From the human T2T-CHM13v2.0 reference genome, Homo sapiens, in the NCBI RefSeq assembly GCF_009914755.1, contig NC_060928.1: a stretch of 64,000 bases of DNA, one strand, 5' to 3'. This document shows positions 1 through 15,262 of the stretch, in pieces. The notes below the pieces were generated by a model. The model was given only the letters and a program-made list of their open reading frames with translations, was not told where the DNA came from and made no database searches. Within the stretch, counting starts at the first letter, position 1, and each line of letters begins with the position of its first letter. The position numbers and the translations under genes were made by a program.

Positions 1-1020
1 CACCATGTTCTAATAGTGTGTGATTGGAATCTCAGAAGGAGACGATAGAGTGAATGATGGAGAACACATGCTATAAGAACTGATAAATGAAAAATTTTCA
101 TATTTGATTTTAAAAATCAACCAAAATTAAGGTGAAACCCAAGCAGAATAAATACATAGTAAAGCACAAGTAGGCATAGAATAACCGTAATACTAAAAAC
201 AAAATGAAGAAGAAAATCTTAAATGTAGTCAGTGAAAAAAAATAAGCTATTATATACAGAAACAATGATACAATGGCTCATTTCTCATCAAAAACAATGA
301 CACACAAAGATCATGAAGTTACATATTTGACGTGTTGAAAGTGAAAAAATGTAAAACCAAAATTTTATATCTAATGAAAATATTCTTCAAAAATAATTCT
401 TCATTTTCAGATAAATGAGAGCTCAAAGAATTGTTTGAAGTCACACCTGAATTACAAGAAATGTCAGATATTATTCTGGCTGAATAATGTCACTTAGAAA
501 CTCAGATCTACAGGAACGAATGAACAGCACCAGAAATGATATATATGTAGATAAATAAAATGATAATTTTTAATATCTTAGTTTCCTTAAAAACACATTT
601 TTGGTAAAAAGAATTTTAACTATATATTGTGGATTTCATAATGTGAATAGATATGTATTTTAATATAGCACAAAAGAAGGGGTTATAGGGAACTTCACTG
701 TCCCAAGATAATTACATTCAAAGTGAAATGGTACAGAATTAATTCTAAATATACTGTGATTAATTAATAATGCATATAAAATTCTAGAACAACCCTTAAA
801 AGTTAAAAGAATTGTCATTAAATATCCAAATAAGAAATTCAAATTTTCAAAAGAAAATTTAAAGAAAAGACAGAATCAAATAAATCCTGAGTAAAGTAAC
901 TGCATACTAGAAAAAGGCCAGCTATATTAAAGAAATAAACTCAGCACCTAATAATGTAAAATTCATAATGTCTGATTTCCAATCTATAATTATCATACAT
1001 GCCAAGAAGCAGGAAAAGAT
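1..1020 (+). mobile_element. Old L1 (L1M-type) fragments, ORF1/5' region, degraded
   Basis: A-rich strand; ORF1-like remnant 'tgattggaatctcagaaggag' near 20-45. 'catgccaagaagcaggaaaagat' resumes as 'aaagatgacccataaccaggagaaa' after the LTR at 2155. Confidence 0.6.
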
Positions 1021-2154
<1,134 letters not shown>

Positions 2155-2199
2155 AAAGATGACCCATAACCAGGAGAAACATAGGCGCTTCTCCAAAGA

Positions 2200-3270
2200 T
2201 ACACCTTTTGAAATAAGAATGTGTAATGATGTTCCACATTACTATTCATTAGGAAAATGCAAATAAAATTACAATGAGATATCACTGTACATTTCACTGG
2301 ATTGGCTATTTTTTTTTAAGAATATACCAGGGGCTGGGCGCAGTGGCTCACACCTGTAATCCCAGCACTTTGGGAGGCCGAGGCGGGCGGATCACGAGGT
2401 CAGGAGATCGAGACCATCCTGGCTAACACGGTGAAACACCGTCTCTACTAAAAATACAAAAATTATCCCGGCGTGGTGGCGGGCGCCTGTAGTCCCAGCT
2501 ACGCCAGACGCTGAGACAGGAGAATGTCGTGAACCCGGGAGGCGGAGCTTGCAGAGAGCCGAGATCGCGCGCCACTGCACTCCAGCCTGGGCGACAGAGT
2601 GAGACTCCGTCTCAAAAAAAAAAAAAAAAAGAAAAAAAAAAAGAATATACCAGTCATTGACATGGTTGTGAAATAACTGGAGCTCTCTTACAGTGCTGCT
2701 GCGAGGTAAAATGATACCAACTTAGAAAACAGTTTGCAGTTTCTTAAAAAGTTTGAACTACACCTATCAACCCTATGATCTGGACATTCCACTTTCAGGT
2801 GTTTTACACCAGAGAAATAAAAGCATATATCATCCCAGACACTCGAATTCAAATGTTTATAGTAGCTATACTTACAATAGCAGAAACCCAGAAACAACCC
2901 AAAAGTCTATCTAGAGGGGAATGAATAAACAAAGGGTGGCATAGCTACACAATATAATACTACTTAGCAGGAAAAAGTAATGAATTAGTGATACATGCCA
3001 CAACATGGGTGAAACTCAAAAAAATTGATCTGGAGTGAAAAATGATGAACAAAACAGTATACATAATGTGTGATTACATTTACGTGTTATTTAAAAAAAT
3101 GAAAACTGATCAGTGTTTGCCTAGAGATTGGGGAGGGGATAGAGGCATAAGCATGTTCCTTTTGTTGAATTTGTTAATGTTACAGTTGCATACATGTGTT
3201 AAAACTAATCAAATTGTAGACTCTATAAAAAGCAGCTCTGTTGATGAATTATATTCCAATAAAGATGCAC
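2200..3270 (+). mobile_element. Old L1M 3' end (ORF2 C-terminus and 3'UTR) split by an AluY
   Basis: 'attaggaaaatgcaaataaaattacaatgagatatcac' and 'gtttgcagtttcttaaaaagtttgaac' L1M motifs; ends with 'attccaataaag'. Confidence 0.8.
2332..2640 (+). mobile_element. AluY, full length
   Basis: AluY diagnostic 'gatcgagaccatcctggctaacacggtgaaac'; CpG-rich; 13-bp TSD AAGAATATACCAG at 2318-2330 and 2641-2653. Confidence 0.97.
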
Positions 3271-4049
3271 ACATAAAATAGCATGTTAAATTAATGAATG
3301 GGAATAGGAAAGAAAGCTGCTTATGTATGTTTTGAACAAACACTTCTAAAATTTTAGGAGAAAAAGAGAATATGACTGCCAAAGAAAAAGAGAAGATTCC
3401 TAAAAGCCCAATTTTTTAAAAATCTCTGAGGCACACTCTTAAAATGCATAAAGCTTTTTGTATAACTGAGAAGTGCTATGACATACCAATTTAAATCAAT
3501 CTACAAGGAAAATAAGGAATTTGACAATCATACTCTTGTCTTAGTCTTTACCATGAGACCAGGTTCTTCTGACAGCGCCCAAGACTTGATCTTTGCTCTG
3601 AGACGCTTTCTTTTTTTTTTTTTTTTTTTTTTATATTTGTCTTTTATTGTAAAAACTCAAATGGGCATACAACAGTGGAAACCATTTAACATAAAAATTA
3701 AAAATCAAATACTGTCTCCTCTATTATACAGTCACACACTTCATTAGACATACCTTTAAGAAAAGACAATGTGATAAAAAAAATTGAATTATGTTTAAAC
3801 ACATGTCAAACTGTTTACTAGTGTAGCCAAGAATTATCATACATTGGAGAGAAAGTTTTAGGATTTTAAGTTTTGTTTGGACAGCCCCTAATTTTATAGT
3901 AACCATTAGACAATTTTACATGATCAGGAATACACCATGCAGCAAAATTAATAGAAAATACAAACTTTAAAGCAACTTACAATGTGATACAGTACGTTTT
4001 GGCTAGTAAACACGCTAAGGGATTAGGCTCTTTCTTTGAGAATACGTTG

Positions 4050-4890
4050 CTGTTATGAAAACACATTCCCAAAGTCATCAATATTTTCTTAAAATTCTAC
4101 TTTAAACCTGACTAGTTAATTTTTTTAGTTTATCTCTCTCCTCTCATAATTTATTGTAAGCAAATAGAAAAAGCCAGTCAGCACCTTTAACACTGAGCCC
4201 TTAGCCTCTTTAGCTATATCATGCAACTCATTAGGTGCATTTTGCATAATCCATATCACTACAAGCAGCAACACTGCCACTACGTGAAATATATCCCTTT
4301 TCCTCTAGCTACAAGTAAGCTTTTCCTGTAAGTCTTCACCCCTGTATTCCTTGAGGCCTATCAGGCTTCTGTTTACTACCTGGTCCCCAAACCAATGCCA
4401 CATATTTTAGGTATGACCATGAAAAGAATCTTCTTCCAGGAACCACATTCTCTCCTGACTAACCATGTCTGAGTAACAAACTGTCCCAAAATTTAGTTCC
4501 TTATCTTCAGAAAGGGGATGGTATGTTCTTTTCATCAAGATACCCTGGGTCTCAGCTGAAATGACTGAAAGTCTAGGAGTGATCAATCTGCTGGAGGCAG
4601 GAGTAATTTGCAGAATTCTTTCCTCTCCTTATGCCTTGTTCCTAGTCTGACATGACTCACAGTCTGGGTTCAGTGGATCTCCACATGGCTTTCCCCTGAA
4701 GATCAGGATATTTACAGCATGGTGCCTGGGTGCTGAGAATGAACATTCTGAGAGGCGGTGTCTGAAGAGCAACACTGCAAGACACCAGAGAAAAACTGCA
4801 CTTTTTATTTTTTTGTACTGAACTGGCAAGTCACATAGCTTCTCGTTGCTGAATAAGAGAAACAGTACAAGGTACTGACAGCCGCTGCTA
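4050..4890. mobile_element. Degraded MaLR (MLT1-like) remnant
   Basis: Motifs 'gtaacaaactgtcccaaaatttagt', 'ctccacatggct', 'acagcatggtg', 'gaactggcaagtcacatagc'. Boundaries approximate. Confidence 0.45.
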
Positions 4891-7319
4891 GTCTCAGGCA
4901 TTGGAAGAGGCTTAGAAAATTTCAAGTAGATGTCCTGGCCATTGGGACCCCACATGAGGCTGAGTTAGAGATGAAAACATCCTGCCTGCATGGCCAATCC
5001 TAGCCACTGAAGGGAGCTTACTTTAAAGATACTCCAAAATCAGGATTCCTTCGGGTTTGGGGCCCAGGGGGAAGGCCTCCCTTAGCTCAGGTCTAAGAGC
5101 AGCATTGCTGGTAGCTCATTGTTACAGCAGTGATAAAGATTTAGAAGTCAGTTCTACACAAGCAAGATAAATGCCAAATAAGACCTAGGTCATAGGTTAA
5201 AATTCTGTTGGTCAGATTTCAGATATTACAAATGTAGGTAAGGGGACTAGAGAAAACTGTTAGTAAAGCCAACAGCGGTAATGTGGTGATCGGTTGGCAA
5301 AGTCCAAAGAATCCAAACCTCAAGAACAAGACACTAGTAGCAAGAAGGAAATTAAATACTATGTATGTTTCAATACTTCTGAAGCAAACATTCACCATTC
5401 ACCAGAGCATTGCAGTGCGGCTGGGGTAGGGTATAATAATTTGAAGACAAGATAAATTTCTGGCACTTACACAATTAAAATATGCCAATCATTTCCCTTA
5501 CAGCCTTGTCTGCAGAGCACTTAGGCATCATAGGAGACTAAGTGGAAAAAGAGGATAGAGAAGATAGAGATCAAAAACCTCCATCAAGTCTTCAGGTAAT
5601 TTTATCTATCTAACACCTTGTATTCCCTGTAAATTTGTAAGTAAACACATATGTCTGTGGCAGTAAAAAATTTGAAAATCAATGACATGAATGTTTAAGC
5701 AAAATGCATCAAATGTGGGGTAATTATCTGAAATAAATGACACTCTAGTCAAGTCTATGTTTGCTGCATAATATTAAGAAAATTTAATTTTAATGTTGAT
5801 GAGTCTGTGTCTTATATGAGTTTTCAAAACATAAATTCCCAAAGAAAAAAGTATCAAAAACAATAATCTCTGGTAATATATAAAATTAAGTATTCAATAA
5901 TAAAATACAATAATTTTCTTTCTCTGTTTCTTTAGTGGTTTAATTTTTAATATTTGAAATTTGAATCTTTATTACCTTATATTAGATTTTTCTTTTTATT
6001 TCAAACTTAAATGAAATCAAAGAACTTCCAAATGCTATGCATTTGTTTTTAATGAACATAAAATATCCCTCACAGTGACAATGCCAATCTTCATGAAATA
6101 ATAAAATGTTAAAATATTTACAACCTGGAAAAATTGCCTATTGTTTTTTATGTGTGCCTTTTATTTTTCACCAGTGTCTTCAAATTATGGTTATCTTTAA
6201 TCCATTAAGAACACATGTGAGAATCTAGTAACTGGAGAGCTCAAAGACAATTTAAGGAGATTAAAAAGAAATAGAAGTTATGGCTCTAAAACTTTAGCAG
6301 CTTACAATCATGGTGTTGACAAAGCAGAAAATATGACTTTTTTACTTTACGAAAATTAGTGGATCTCCATTCCTCAAGTACTAGAAATAAGTTATGCCAA
6401 GGATAGGACCATTTTGTATTCATTTATAAATATTTAGTAAAGACATTCACAGAATTTGGAGACACAGTGATGAACAAGACATAATCATTAAACCAATGAC
6501 ATTTATTTTTTAAAGGGAGAGAATGACACATAAGTTAACCACCGTGGTATATTATGACACTAGTAATATTCACAGTTCATATAAGATAGTATGGAACTAC
6601 AGAGAAGGGAATATAGTTGGTCAATAATAACCTGTGGCATTTTCAAAGGCAAGGTAATTATCTCATTCAATATTTTATTTCAGCAGCCTAGTGCAATACT
6701 TTTGAAAGGAAGTGTTCAAAATGTATTTGCTGAAAACTATTCTTGAGTCAAATAAGTCCTCTTAGAAAAGTTAACACTTGCGTTAACTCTTGAAGGATAT
6801 TGGTAGAGTTCAGGCAATCAAGAGAGAACAATATAATGTGTGCAAATATGAGGAGATATGAATAAAAGAATTATAAATGGTTTTGCATATCAGAGCAAAG
6901 AAATGTTTGAGTATGAAGAATGGAACAAGTGAGATTCACAAGATACAGATTATGAAAGATTCTTTGTGGCATTTCAAAGGCTTTGAATTTTACACACGTG
7001 TCAAAAAAAAAAACTATGAAAGATTTGAAGCAGGAGATTGATATTTAGAGGAAAGCCACGCTGAAGGCAGGAGACTTCATGGGGGTCATCTCAGTAGCCC
7101 CAGTAAAAGCCAATAGTGGTTTGAAGTAAAGTAGTAAGTCTTTATTTAATCAACTGTCTCTCCACAGGATGTAATGACTAGTTGAAAGAAGGAAGAGTAA
7201 GAATAATTTCTAAATTTCTGTTTTGATAAACTGATTTGATGGTATTATTTAACTCCACACATATTTTATCACGCACTATTTAAGACAAAAAGTCTCCAAG
7301 ATTTAAAAGCAGATTGTCA

Positions 7320-10300
7320 TGGCTAACCCTGCCCCAACCTTGTTGTACTCTGCCAACTGCCCTGATAGCTTAACACAAAAGACATAAACTTTTGGGAGCT
7401 TTTGTAGCGCTGCCCATTGCTTATGAAACCAGATTACTTCCCCCTGGGCAATTTGGGGCAAGCTCAAATCCCACTGCTATTACTACAGCTGGTGCTCTCT
7501 TGCAAGCACTGCCTCCTGGCTGGAGACTGTCAGTGTATTATCATGTCTCCAGGTAGAATAACACTGCACCCAGGAAGGAGAAAATAAATACATAACCTCA
7601 GCTATAGCCACTGCATACAACACCCTCACTAACCAGAAGTCCTGAGTACTTCTGACATGAAGTACATGACAAGTTCACTACAGTCATAACCAGCATTTGT
7701 GAAAACCAGGACACTAAGCCTATCTACAACCAAGGAATCTCACAGAGTGTATGTCACTCCCTTGACACCTCCATCAGTGCTTATACTGGTACCCACTCCT
7801 GGAAAGCTTGAAGACAGGTCACATCACCAGACACCTTGAAGATACTCCCCAGCATTAGCTAGGAGTGCCTGGGGTGTGGCAGCCCCATCTGGCTAGACCC
7901 AGAAAAGCAATATCAATCACTGTAGTCTGGCAAGACAATTTGAAGAAATAATCTATCGAAATGAGAAGGAACCAGAAAAGTAATTCTGATAATATGACAA
8001 AACAGTGTTCTATAACACCCCTAAAATATTACACTAGTTCTCCAGCAATGACTCCAAACCAATAAGAAATTGTTGAAATAGCCAATAAAGAATTCAGGAG
8101 GTTGATTATTAAGCTACTTAAGGAGATACCAGAGAAAAGTGAAAATCAACATAAAGAAATTAAGGAAACAATTCAGGATATTAATAAAAAATTTTGCAGA
8201 GAGATAGCATAAAGAAAAAACAGAAAATGAAAACGAAATGAAAAACACAGGGAAATACAAAATGCAGTGGAAAGTTTAAATGATAGATTAGAACAAGCAG
8301 AAGAAAGAATTTCAGGCTGGGCGCGGTGGCTCACGCCTGTAATCCTGGCACTTTGGGAGGCCGAGGCGGGCAGATCACGAGGTCAGGAGATTGAGACCAT
8401 CCTGGCTAACACGGTGAAACCCCATCTCTACTAAAAATACAAAAAAAAAGTTAGCTGGGCGTGGTGGCGGGCGCCTGCAGTCCCAGCTACTCGGGAGGCT
8501 AAGCCAGCTACTCGGGAGGCTGAGGCAGGAGAATGGCGTGAACCCGGGAGGCGGAGCTTGCAGTGAGCCAAGTTCCGGCCACTGCACTCCAGCCTGAGCG
8601 ACAGGGTGAGTCAAAAAAAAAAAAAAAAAAAAAAGATTTTCAGAGCTCAAAGACAAGGCTTTCAAATTAATCCAATTAGACAAAGATAAAGAAAAATAAT
8701 CAAAAGAAGTGGACAAAGTCTCTAAGAAATATGAGATTATGTGAAAAGGCCAAACCTAAGAATGATTGGCATTCCTGAGGGAGAAGACAAGGCTACAAGT
8801 TTGGAAAACTTATTTGAACAAACAATTGAGGAAATCTTCCCTGATCTAATATCAAAACCAGGAAAGGACATAATAAAAAGAAAACTGCAGACCACTATCC
8901 CTGATGAGCATAGATGCAAAAGTCCTCAACAAAATACTAGCTAACTAAATAAAACTGCACATCAAGAAGATAGTATATCACCATCAAGTGGGTTTTATAC
9001 CAGGGATGCAGGGATGGGTTAACATATGCAAGTCAATAAATGTGATACATCACTTAAAAACAAATTAAAACAAAAAACATACGATCATCTCAATAGACAC
9101 AGAAAAAGCAGTTGATAAATTCCAGCATTTCTTTACAACAAAACCCTTCAACAAAATAGGCGTAGAAGGGGCTTACCTCAAAGTAATAAAAGCCATATGT
9201 AACAAGCCCACAGGTAATATTATACTGAGTGGGGAAAAGTTGAAAGCATTCTCCCTGAGAACTGGAACAAGACAAGGATACTCACTTTCAGCACTTTTCT
9301 TTAATATCCACTTTAACCACTTCTATTTAATATAGTACTGAAAGTTCTAGCCAGAGCAATCAGATAAGAGAAAGAAATGAAGGGTATCCAAATTGAAAAA
9401 GAGGAAGTCAAACTTTCACTGTTCACCAATGATAAGATTATATACCTAGAAAACTCTAAAGACTTACCTAAAAAGCTCCTAGATCTGATAAACAATTCAG
9501 TAAGGTCTCAGGATACAAAATCGATGTACACAAATCAGTAGCACTGCTATACATCAAAAATAAGCTGAGAATCAATTCAAGAACTCCATCCCTTTACGAT
9601 GGCTGCAAAAGTATATGTAACCAAGGAGGTGAAACATCTCTGCAAGGAAAATGACAAAATACTGCTGAAAGAAATCATAGATGACACAAACGGAAACATA
9701 TCCCATGCTCAAGGATGGGAAGAATCAATATTGTGAAAATGACCATACTTTCCCAAACAATTTATAGATTTAATGCAATTCCCAGAATAAAGAACTCAAA
9801 GCCAAATAAGCCAACTGATTTTTGACAAAGCATACAGAAACATACATTGGGGAATGGACACCCTATTCAATAAATAATGCTGGGAATACTGGCAAGCCAC
9901 ATGTAGAAGAATGAAACTGGATCCCCATCTCCAACCCTATATAAAAATAAAGTCAAGATGGATCAAAGACTTAAATCTAAGGCCTGAAATTATAATAAGT
10001 CTAGAAGATAACATCGGAAAAACTCTTCTGAACATTGGCTTAGGCAAAGAATTCATTACTAAATCACCAAAAGCAAATGCAACAAAAACAAAAATAAATA
10101 AATGGGACCTAATTGAATGAAAAAGCTTCTATACAGCAAAACAAATAATCATGAGTAAACAGACAACCCAAAGAATAGGAGAAAAAGAACTAGTATATAG
10201 AATCTAAAAGGAACTCAAACAAATCAGCAGGAAAAAAACAAATAACCCCATCATACAGTGGGCAAAGGACATGAATAGACATTTATCAAAAGAAGATATA

Positions 10301-11080
10301 CAAATGGCTAACAAACATGAAAAAATGCTGAATATCGCTAAACATCAGGGAAATGCAAGTCAAAAACACAATAAGATACTACCTTACTCCTGCAATAATG
10401 GCCGTAATTAGGAGTCAAAAAACAATAGATATTGCCATGGATGTGATAAACAGGGAACACTTTTATACTGCTGGTAAATTAGCAAAACCACTATTGAAAA
10501 CATGATGGATATTCCTTAAAGACCTAAAAGTAGATCTACCATTAGATCCAGCAATTCCACCATTGGATATCTACCCAAGGAAAAGAAGTCATTATATAAA
10601 AAAGACATATGCAGATGCATGTGTATAGCAGTACAATTCACAAGTGCAAAACTATGGAATCATGCTAAGTGTCCATCAACCAACGAGTGGCTAAAGAAAG
10701 TGTGGAATATACACACCATGGAATATTACTCAGCCTTTGAAAGAGGGAAATAATGTGTTTTGAAGAAATTTGGATGGAGCCAGAAGCCATTATTCTAAGT
10801 TAAGTAATTCAGGAATGGAAAGTCGAATAATACATGGTCTCATTTCTAAGTGGGAACTAAGCTATAAGGACACCAAAACATACAGTGGGATGTAATGGAC
10901 TTTGGGGATTCGGGAGGGGAAACTGGGGGTGGGGGTGAGGAATAAAGACTACATATTGGGTACAGTGTATACTGCTAGGGTGATGACTGCACTAAAATCT
11001 CAGAATTCAGCACTAAAGAATTCATCCATGTAACCAAAAATCATCTGTACACCAAATACTACTGAAATTTAAAATATAAA
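7320..11080 (+). mobile_element. L1PB-like LINE-1, internally deleted and inactive
   Basis: ORF1 remnant [14 protein letters not shown] (8741+) runs directly into ORF2 RT-region sequence; [21 protein letters not shown] (9911+); L1PB-type 3'UTR 'gactacatattgggtacagtgtatactgct...catccatgtaacc'. Confidence 0.85.
8315..8633 (+). mobile_element. AluY inserted in L1 ORF1, with an internal 21-bp duplication
   Basis: AluY diagnostic 'gaccatcctggctaacacggtgaaac'; near-TSD aaagaatttca / aaagattttca. Confidence 0.95.
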
Positions 11081-11905
11081 GGAAGATGGTCAGAACCGAA
11101 AGACATCCTGTTGCAATGGAGCAAAAGCATGTGAAAAATAAGACCACCATTTATGCAATGAATTTATTTATTTCAAATAATAATTACTCAGGCATAAGGC
11201 CAAATAAACACAGAAAGGATGAACAGCGATAACTAGATGAACTGAAAATATTGGATTAAATATTGATTAATATTTATATGTTGCTATATACTTGCAAACA
11301 AATGTAACAATGATGGTGCTGTTGAAATATGCTAGGAGAAAAAACCTAATATTATTAAAATATTTACACACTTCAAGTAAACAAGGTATATAACTATTAT
11401 TTTATTGCAAGCACACTGTATGTGCTATGGCTGACAAAAGCAGCTCTTTTCCTTATGTAATTTGCTTTTTTTTGTTTTGGTGTTATTTTTACCCAACTAA
11501 CGAGTTCCACAAAAATGTTTCCAAGAGGTTTGCAGCTAGCTGACTCAGTTTCAGACAACCTCCCAGGGTCTCCTTATTTTTCCAAGTCAAGTGAAAATAA
11601 ATTATTTGACTGCTAAAAACCTGAATATTTATTTCAACAACCTCACCAAATTTAGAATATCTATCCTTTTATAATGCAATATAGTAGTATCTAAAATAGA
11701 GCTATATTAGTATATATTGTTAGGAGTGTTTCCTCCAGAGAATTCCAGAATTCCAGAAGAATCACTTATGTATTCACTGTTATAGGTTCATTGGATAAAA
11801 ATAATGGCTGTATTTCAATTATTATCATTTTAAATCACAAAGTGTCAAGCCATATTAAGCAATTTATAATTTCTTTTGAATTGCCAAAAGAGTTTCTGAT
11901 TATTT

Positions 11906-12862
11906 TGATGCAGAATTTTTCTCTGCCCTTTGCCAGGCTTGTGGCAGGAGACACACCATCTACTCGGCCTGCTGGGTCACTTCCGGCTTGCGCTCAGGTG
12001 CAGATCCTGCAGCCACCACGACTGTGCACTCAGTCTTTGGTGGGAGGGGGTGTGTCAGCAAGCAAATGCGGGGTCCAGCTGGTCATTCCAAATGCCGGCA
12101 CAGGGGTGTACTTTGTGTAGGGCTTGTGGCTGGGCCAGGTGTGGCGCCCCAAGGGGAATGCAGGGGCACCCAGGCAGGGGTGCCCATGACCCTGAATCCC
12201 CAGAGAGGGTGTTATACCATGCCAATTAGCTCTTTTAGTCCCACTATCTGCAGCCCTATGGACAGTGGCATGTTAACAGCTCAGTCAGCCTCTTGCCCTG
12301 CTCTGGCCTGTGCTCCAGGGCTGGCTAAACCCTGCTACTGCTTCCTGTTACATGGGGTGCCTGCTTTACACCAGTGGAGGGCAGAGGGCCATGGTGTTAC
12401 AGCCTTCTGAATACCTGCCATTTGGTGGATCCCAAGTTCTTGTCCTGCATCCAAGAAGAATGAGGTCACACTGACAATTGAAGAGTGATGACAACAGAGA
12501 ATTTTATTGAGCAACCAAAAAGCCCTCCAAGGAGAGGGGATAGGAAGGTGGTCTCTCACCTGAAGACAGGTCATCTCTCTCATTGTGGCTGAGTCTGGAT
12601 TTTTATAGGCACAGGATGGGGAGGGGCGGGCCATAGGTAGTATTGGAAAAGGCAACAGTCAAATAGTTATAAAGCATTATTTAGAAAGAACCAATCAGGA
12701 AGGGGCAGACTAACAGAAACAGTTCTCAATCCAAGGTGCAGGTTTCATCTGGAACCAGTAGTCCAGTCTTTCAGCCTTCAGGATGTTTTTGGCTTGAAGG
12801 TGGGGTTTTACCAAGGACCTGCCCCTTTCTGCCTAGACATTTGTCTGCCTCCTGCACTATCA
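11906..12862 (-). mobile_element. Solo ERV1 LTR, MER52/LTR27-like
   Basis: Minus strand begins TGATAGTGCAGGAGGCAGACAAATGTCTAGGCAG; TG...CA ends; 4-bp TSD ATTT (11902-11905, 12863-12866); GC-rich patch in AT-rich DNA. Confidence 0.85.
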
Positions 12863-14699
12863 ATTTGACCACGTATGTCAAGAAACAAGCAAAGATTTTA
12901 TGTACTTAAAACTAATAACAAAAGCAAATGAAAATTTGTGCTCATTAAGCATCTGCAGATTCTAGAAATGTTTCTCAATGCCTGGTATGGTTCACTACAA
13001 AATAGTATTAAGTAGCAAAACAATGTGTTTGAGTCAATAATAATTAGACCTCACTTCTAATGATTGGCTTTCAGAAGTAAATAAGTTCATAATAATTAAG
13101 TCTTTATTTCTAATGTAATATTCTTGGCAGGGGGATAGAGCAGAGAATGCCTTTTCTGATGAATAAGTAAGCATTAGTAGGACTGGACTAAAGAGGGAGC
13201 ATATGATTTATCTGAATGCTTGGTTGGACCTAACTCCCACTCACTTGCTTTCCTCTTATTGAACAAGCAACCAAAAGACCACAGGACAAATGGAAGCATT
13301 AACATTACCACCATCCATCACCAGTCCTTTAAATTTCCAGAAGGATGTGAAGCTGTAAGGTTAGCCAGCGCTGGGACCAAGGGTAGGAGATGAAGAATGA
13401 AAGGTGTCAGTGCCTCATCATGCTACGTCCCTGCACTCAGATTAGTAAGTCTAATTCCTTTTTATGAAAATATTAAGAGTTTCCACTTCAGTTGGGCCAT
13501 GTACATACATTAAGCAGTATTGAAATAACCTGCCTGTAAACCCCCCACTTCCCATCCCTGGATTGATGTTCTCTGTTTAATTCAGGGACCAAATGGAGTA
13601 TGACCATTTGTCATACACAGCAATCATCATGAAAATGCCTTAAGGGGAGTGATATTATCAAAAGTAAAGACTCTCTCCCACTCTATTACAAACTATGAAA
13701 GTTATGAGCCCTAAATCACAGACTAATAGAGGTTTGAAAGTGAAGCATTTGTGAAGTTAAAAACAACATACCAAAATCTAGGTGTATGTTGTCAAAATAT
13801 TAAGATGGGCAAGTGGCACATGTTATAATACAGTATTAAATAGCAAAATTATGACTATTCTGAAAAGAATACATAAGTAACTGTATCTATTGCAATTAAC
13901 TGCCCCAAGGATGGTTGTAAATGAATGAGTTTAATTATTTTTGGTTAATCTTTATCTGTTTTTCTGGAACAACTTCCCATTGAAGATAATATTTTCTGAT
14001 ATAATCAATAAAATGTTATTATTAAATTTGGTTATTTACAGCGGAAAAAATACGTATGCGAAAGTATAAAATGGGAAAACTGCCTTTTTGAGAGCAACAT
14101 GGCTATAGAAAGATTTCTCTACTTAAGATAATAACAGAGCAAATGTGGATCATCACTTTCTAGGGTGTTTTTACATTCATGAGACACATACAAATCTCAT
14201 TCTGCAGTAGCCACTGTACCTCTGGGCATTTCCAATGTTTTATTTATTTGAGCTGCTTTCTTTTTAATGAATTACCAGATTGCCATTAGTCTGTGTAAAA
14301 TTCCTATCAAGTTGGGTTTGCAAGCACTATAGTAATGTGTAGTGGCTCCTGGCAATATGGTTATGAACAGAATATATAAATCCTTACACGTATAAGAGGC
14401 ACACCACACACAGCAATACAATAACACAGAATCATATTTAATCATCTTCCTGAATAAATAGTTTAAACATAACAGTACCCCAAAGACAAGAACTTGGTAT
14501 TGGGCAAACACTTTAAGATCAGTACAGTCTACAGTAAAGTTAATCAAAATATTGACAATATTTATAATTTAGTGTGTCACTTTCTTACAAACACTTGGCT
14601 TTAAGACTCTGTTAGAGACTTACAACAAAATCCCTGTCTAATGGAATTGGATGCTAAATATAATTCTAAAGACTACTCATATTAAATGAGCTATTGGTG

Positions 14700-15262
14700 C
14701 TCTTTCCCAACCCTTCCAAGCCTTCCTCTGTTGTTCAGTGTACTAGCCAGAGTCCTTAAAATGACTTAGGAGGCTGCAAGTTATTATCCCTCTCAACCCA
14801 CTTGTCTCTAGCCATGCAGGCTTCCTTGATGTGCTATGTAAGCACACAGCAGCCTGCTTCTACCCAAGGGTCTTTGTACTTGTTCTTCTCTCTTCTAGGA
14901 GCACCTTTCCCAGGATTATATTCTCTCTTTCTCTTAACCCACACAGCTTCACCATTCTCAGACCATTATTCAAATGTTATCCTCTCAAAGATGTTTCTCT
15001 GCCACTTTTTAAAAAGCTGTATCATCACCTTAACCCTCCCTATACCCTCTTCCAGCTTATTTTATTTATAGCACCTGTTGTATGATATAGAGTTTATTTA
15101 TATGCTTATTAATTCTCTGTTATTCTTTTTCTCCTGACTAGAATTTGATCTCTGTGAGTGTAGAGATTTTGATTGCTTATTCATTTCTCACATGTCTAGA
15201 TCCTACAGGAGTGCTGGGTATGTAATCAGTGCTTAATAAACATTTGTTGGGTGATTGAATAT
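14700..15262 (+). mobile_element. L2 3' fragment
   Basis: L2 terminus 'agtgcttaataaacatttgttgggtgattgaat'; pyrimidine-rich body. Confidence 0.75.

Noticed and set aside
11791-12655. Cluster of 99-140-aa ORFs
   Set aside because: They lie in a GC-rich solo LTR; chance open frames.
13341-13450. Possible exon ending at TTA|GTAAGT
   Set aside because: Weak acceptor and no supporting coding signal.
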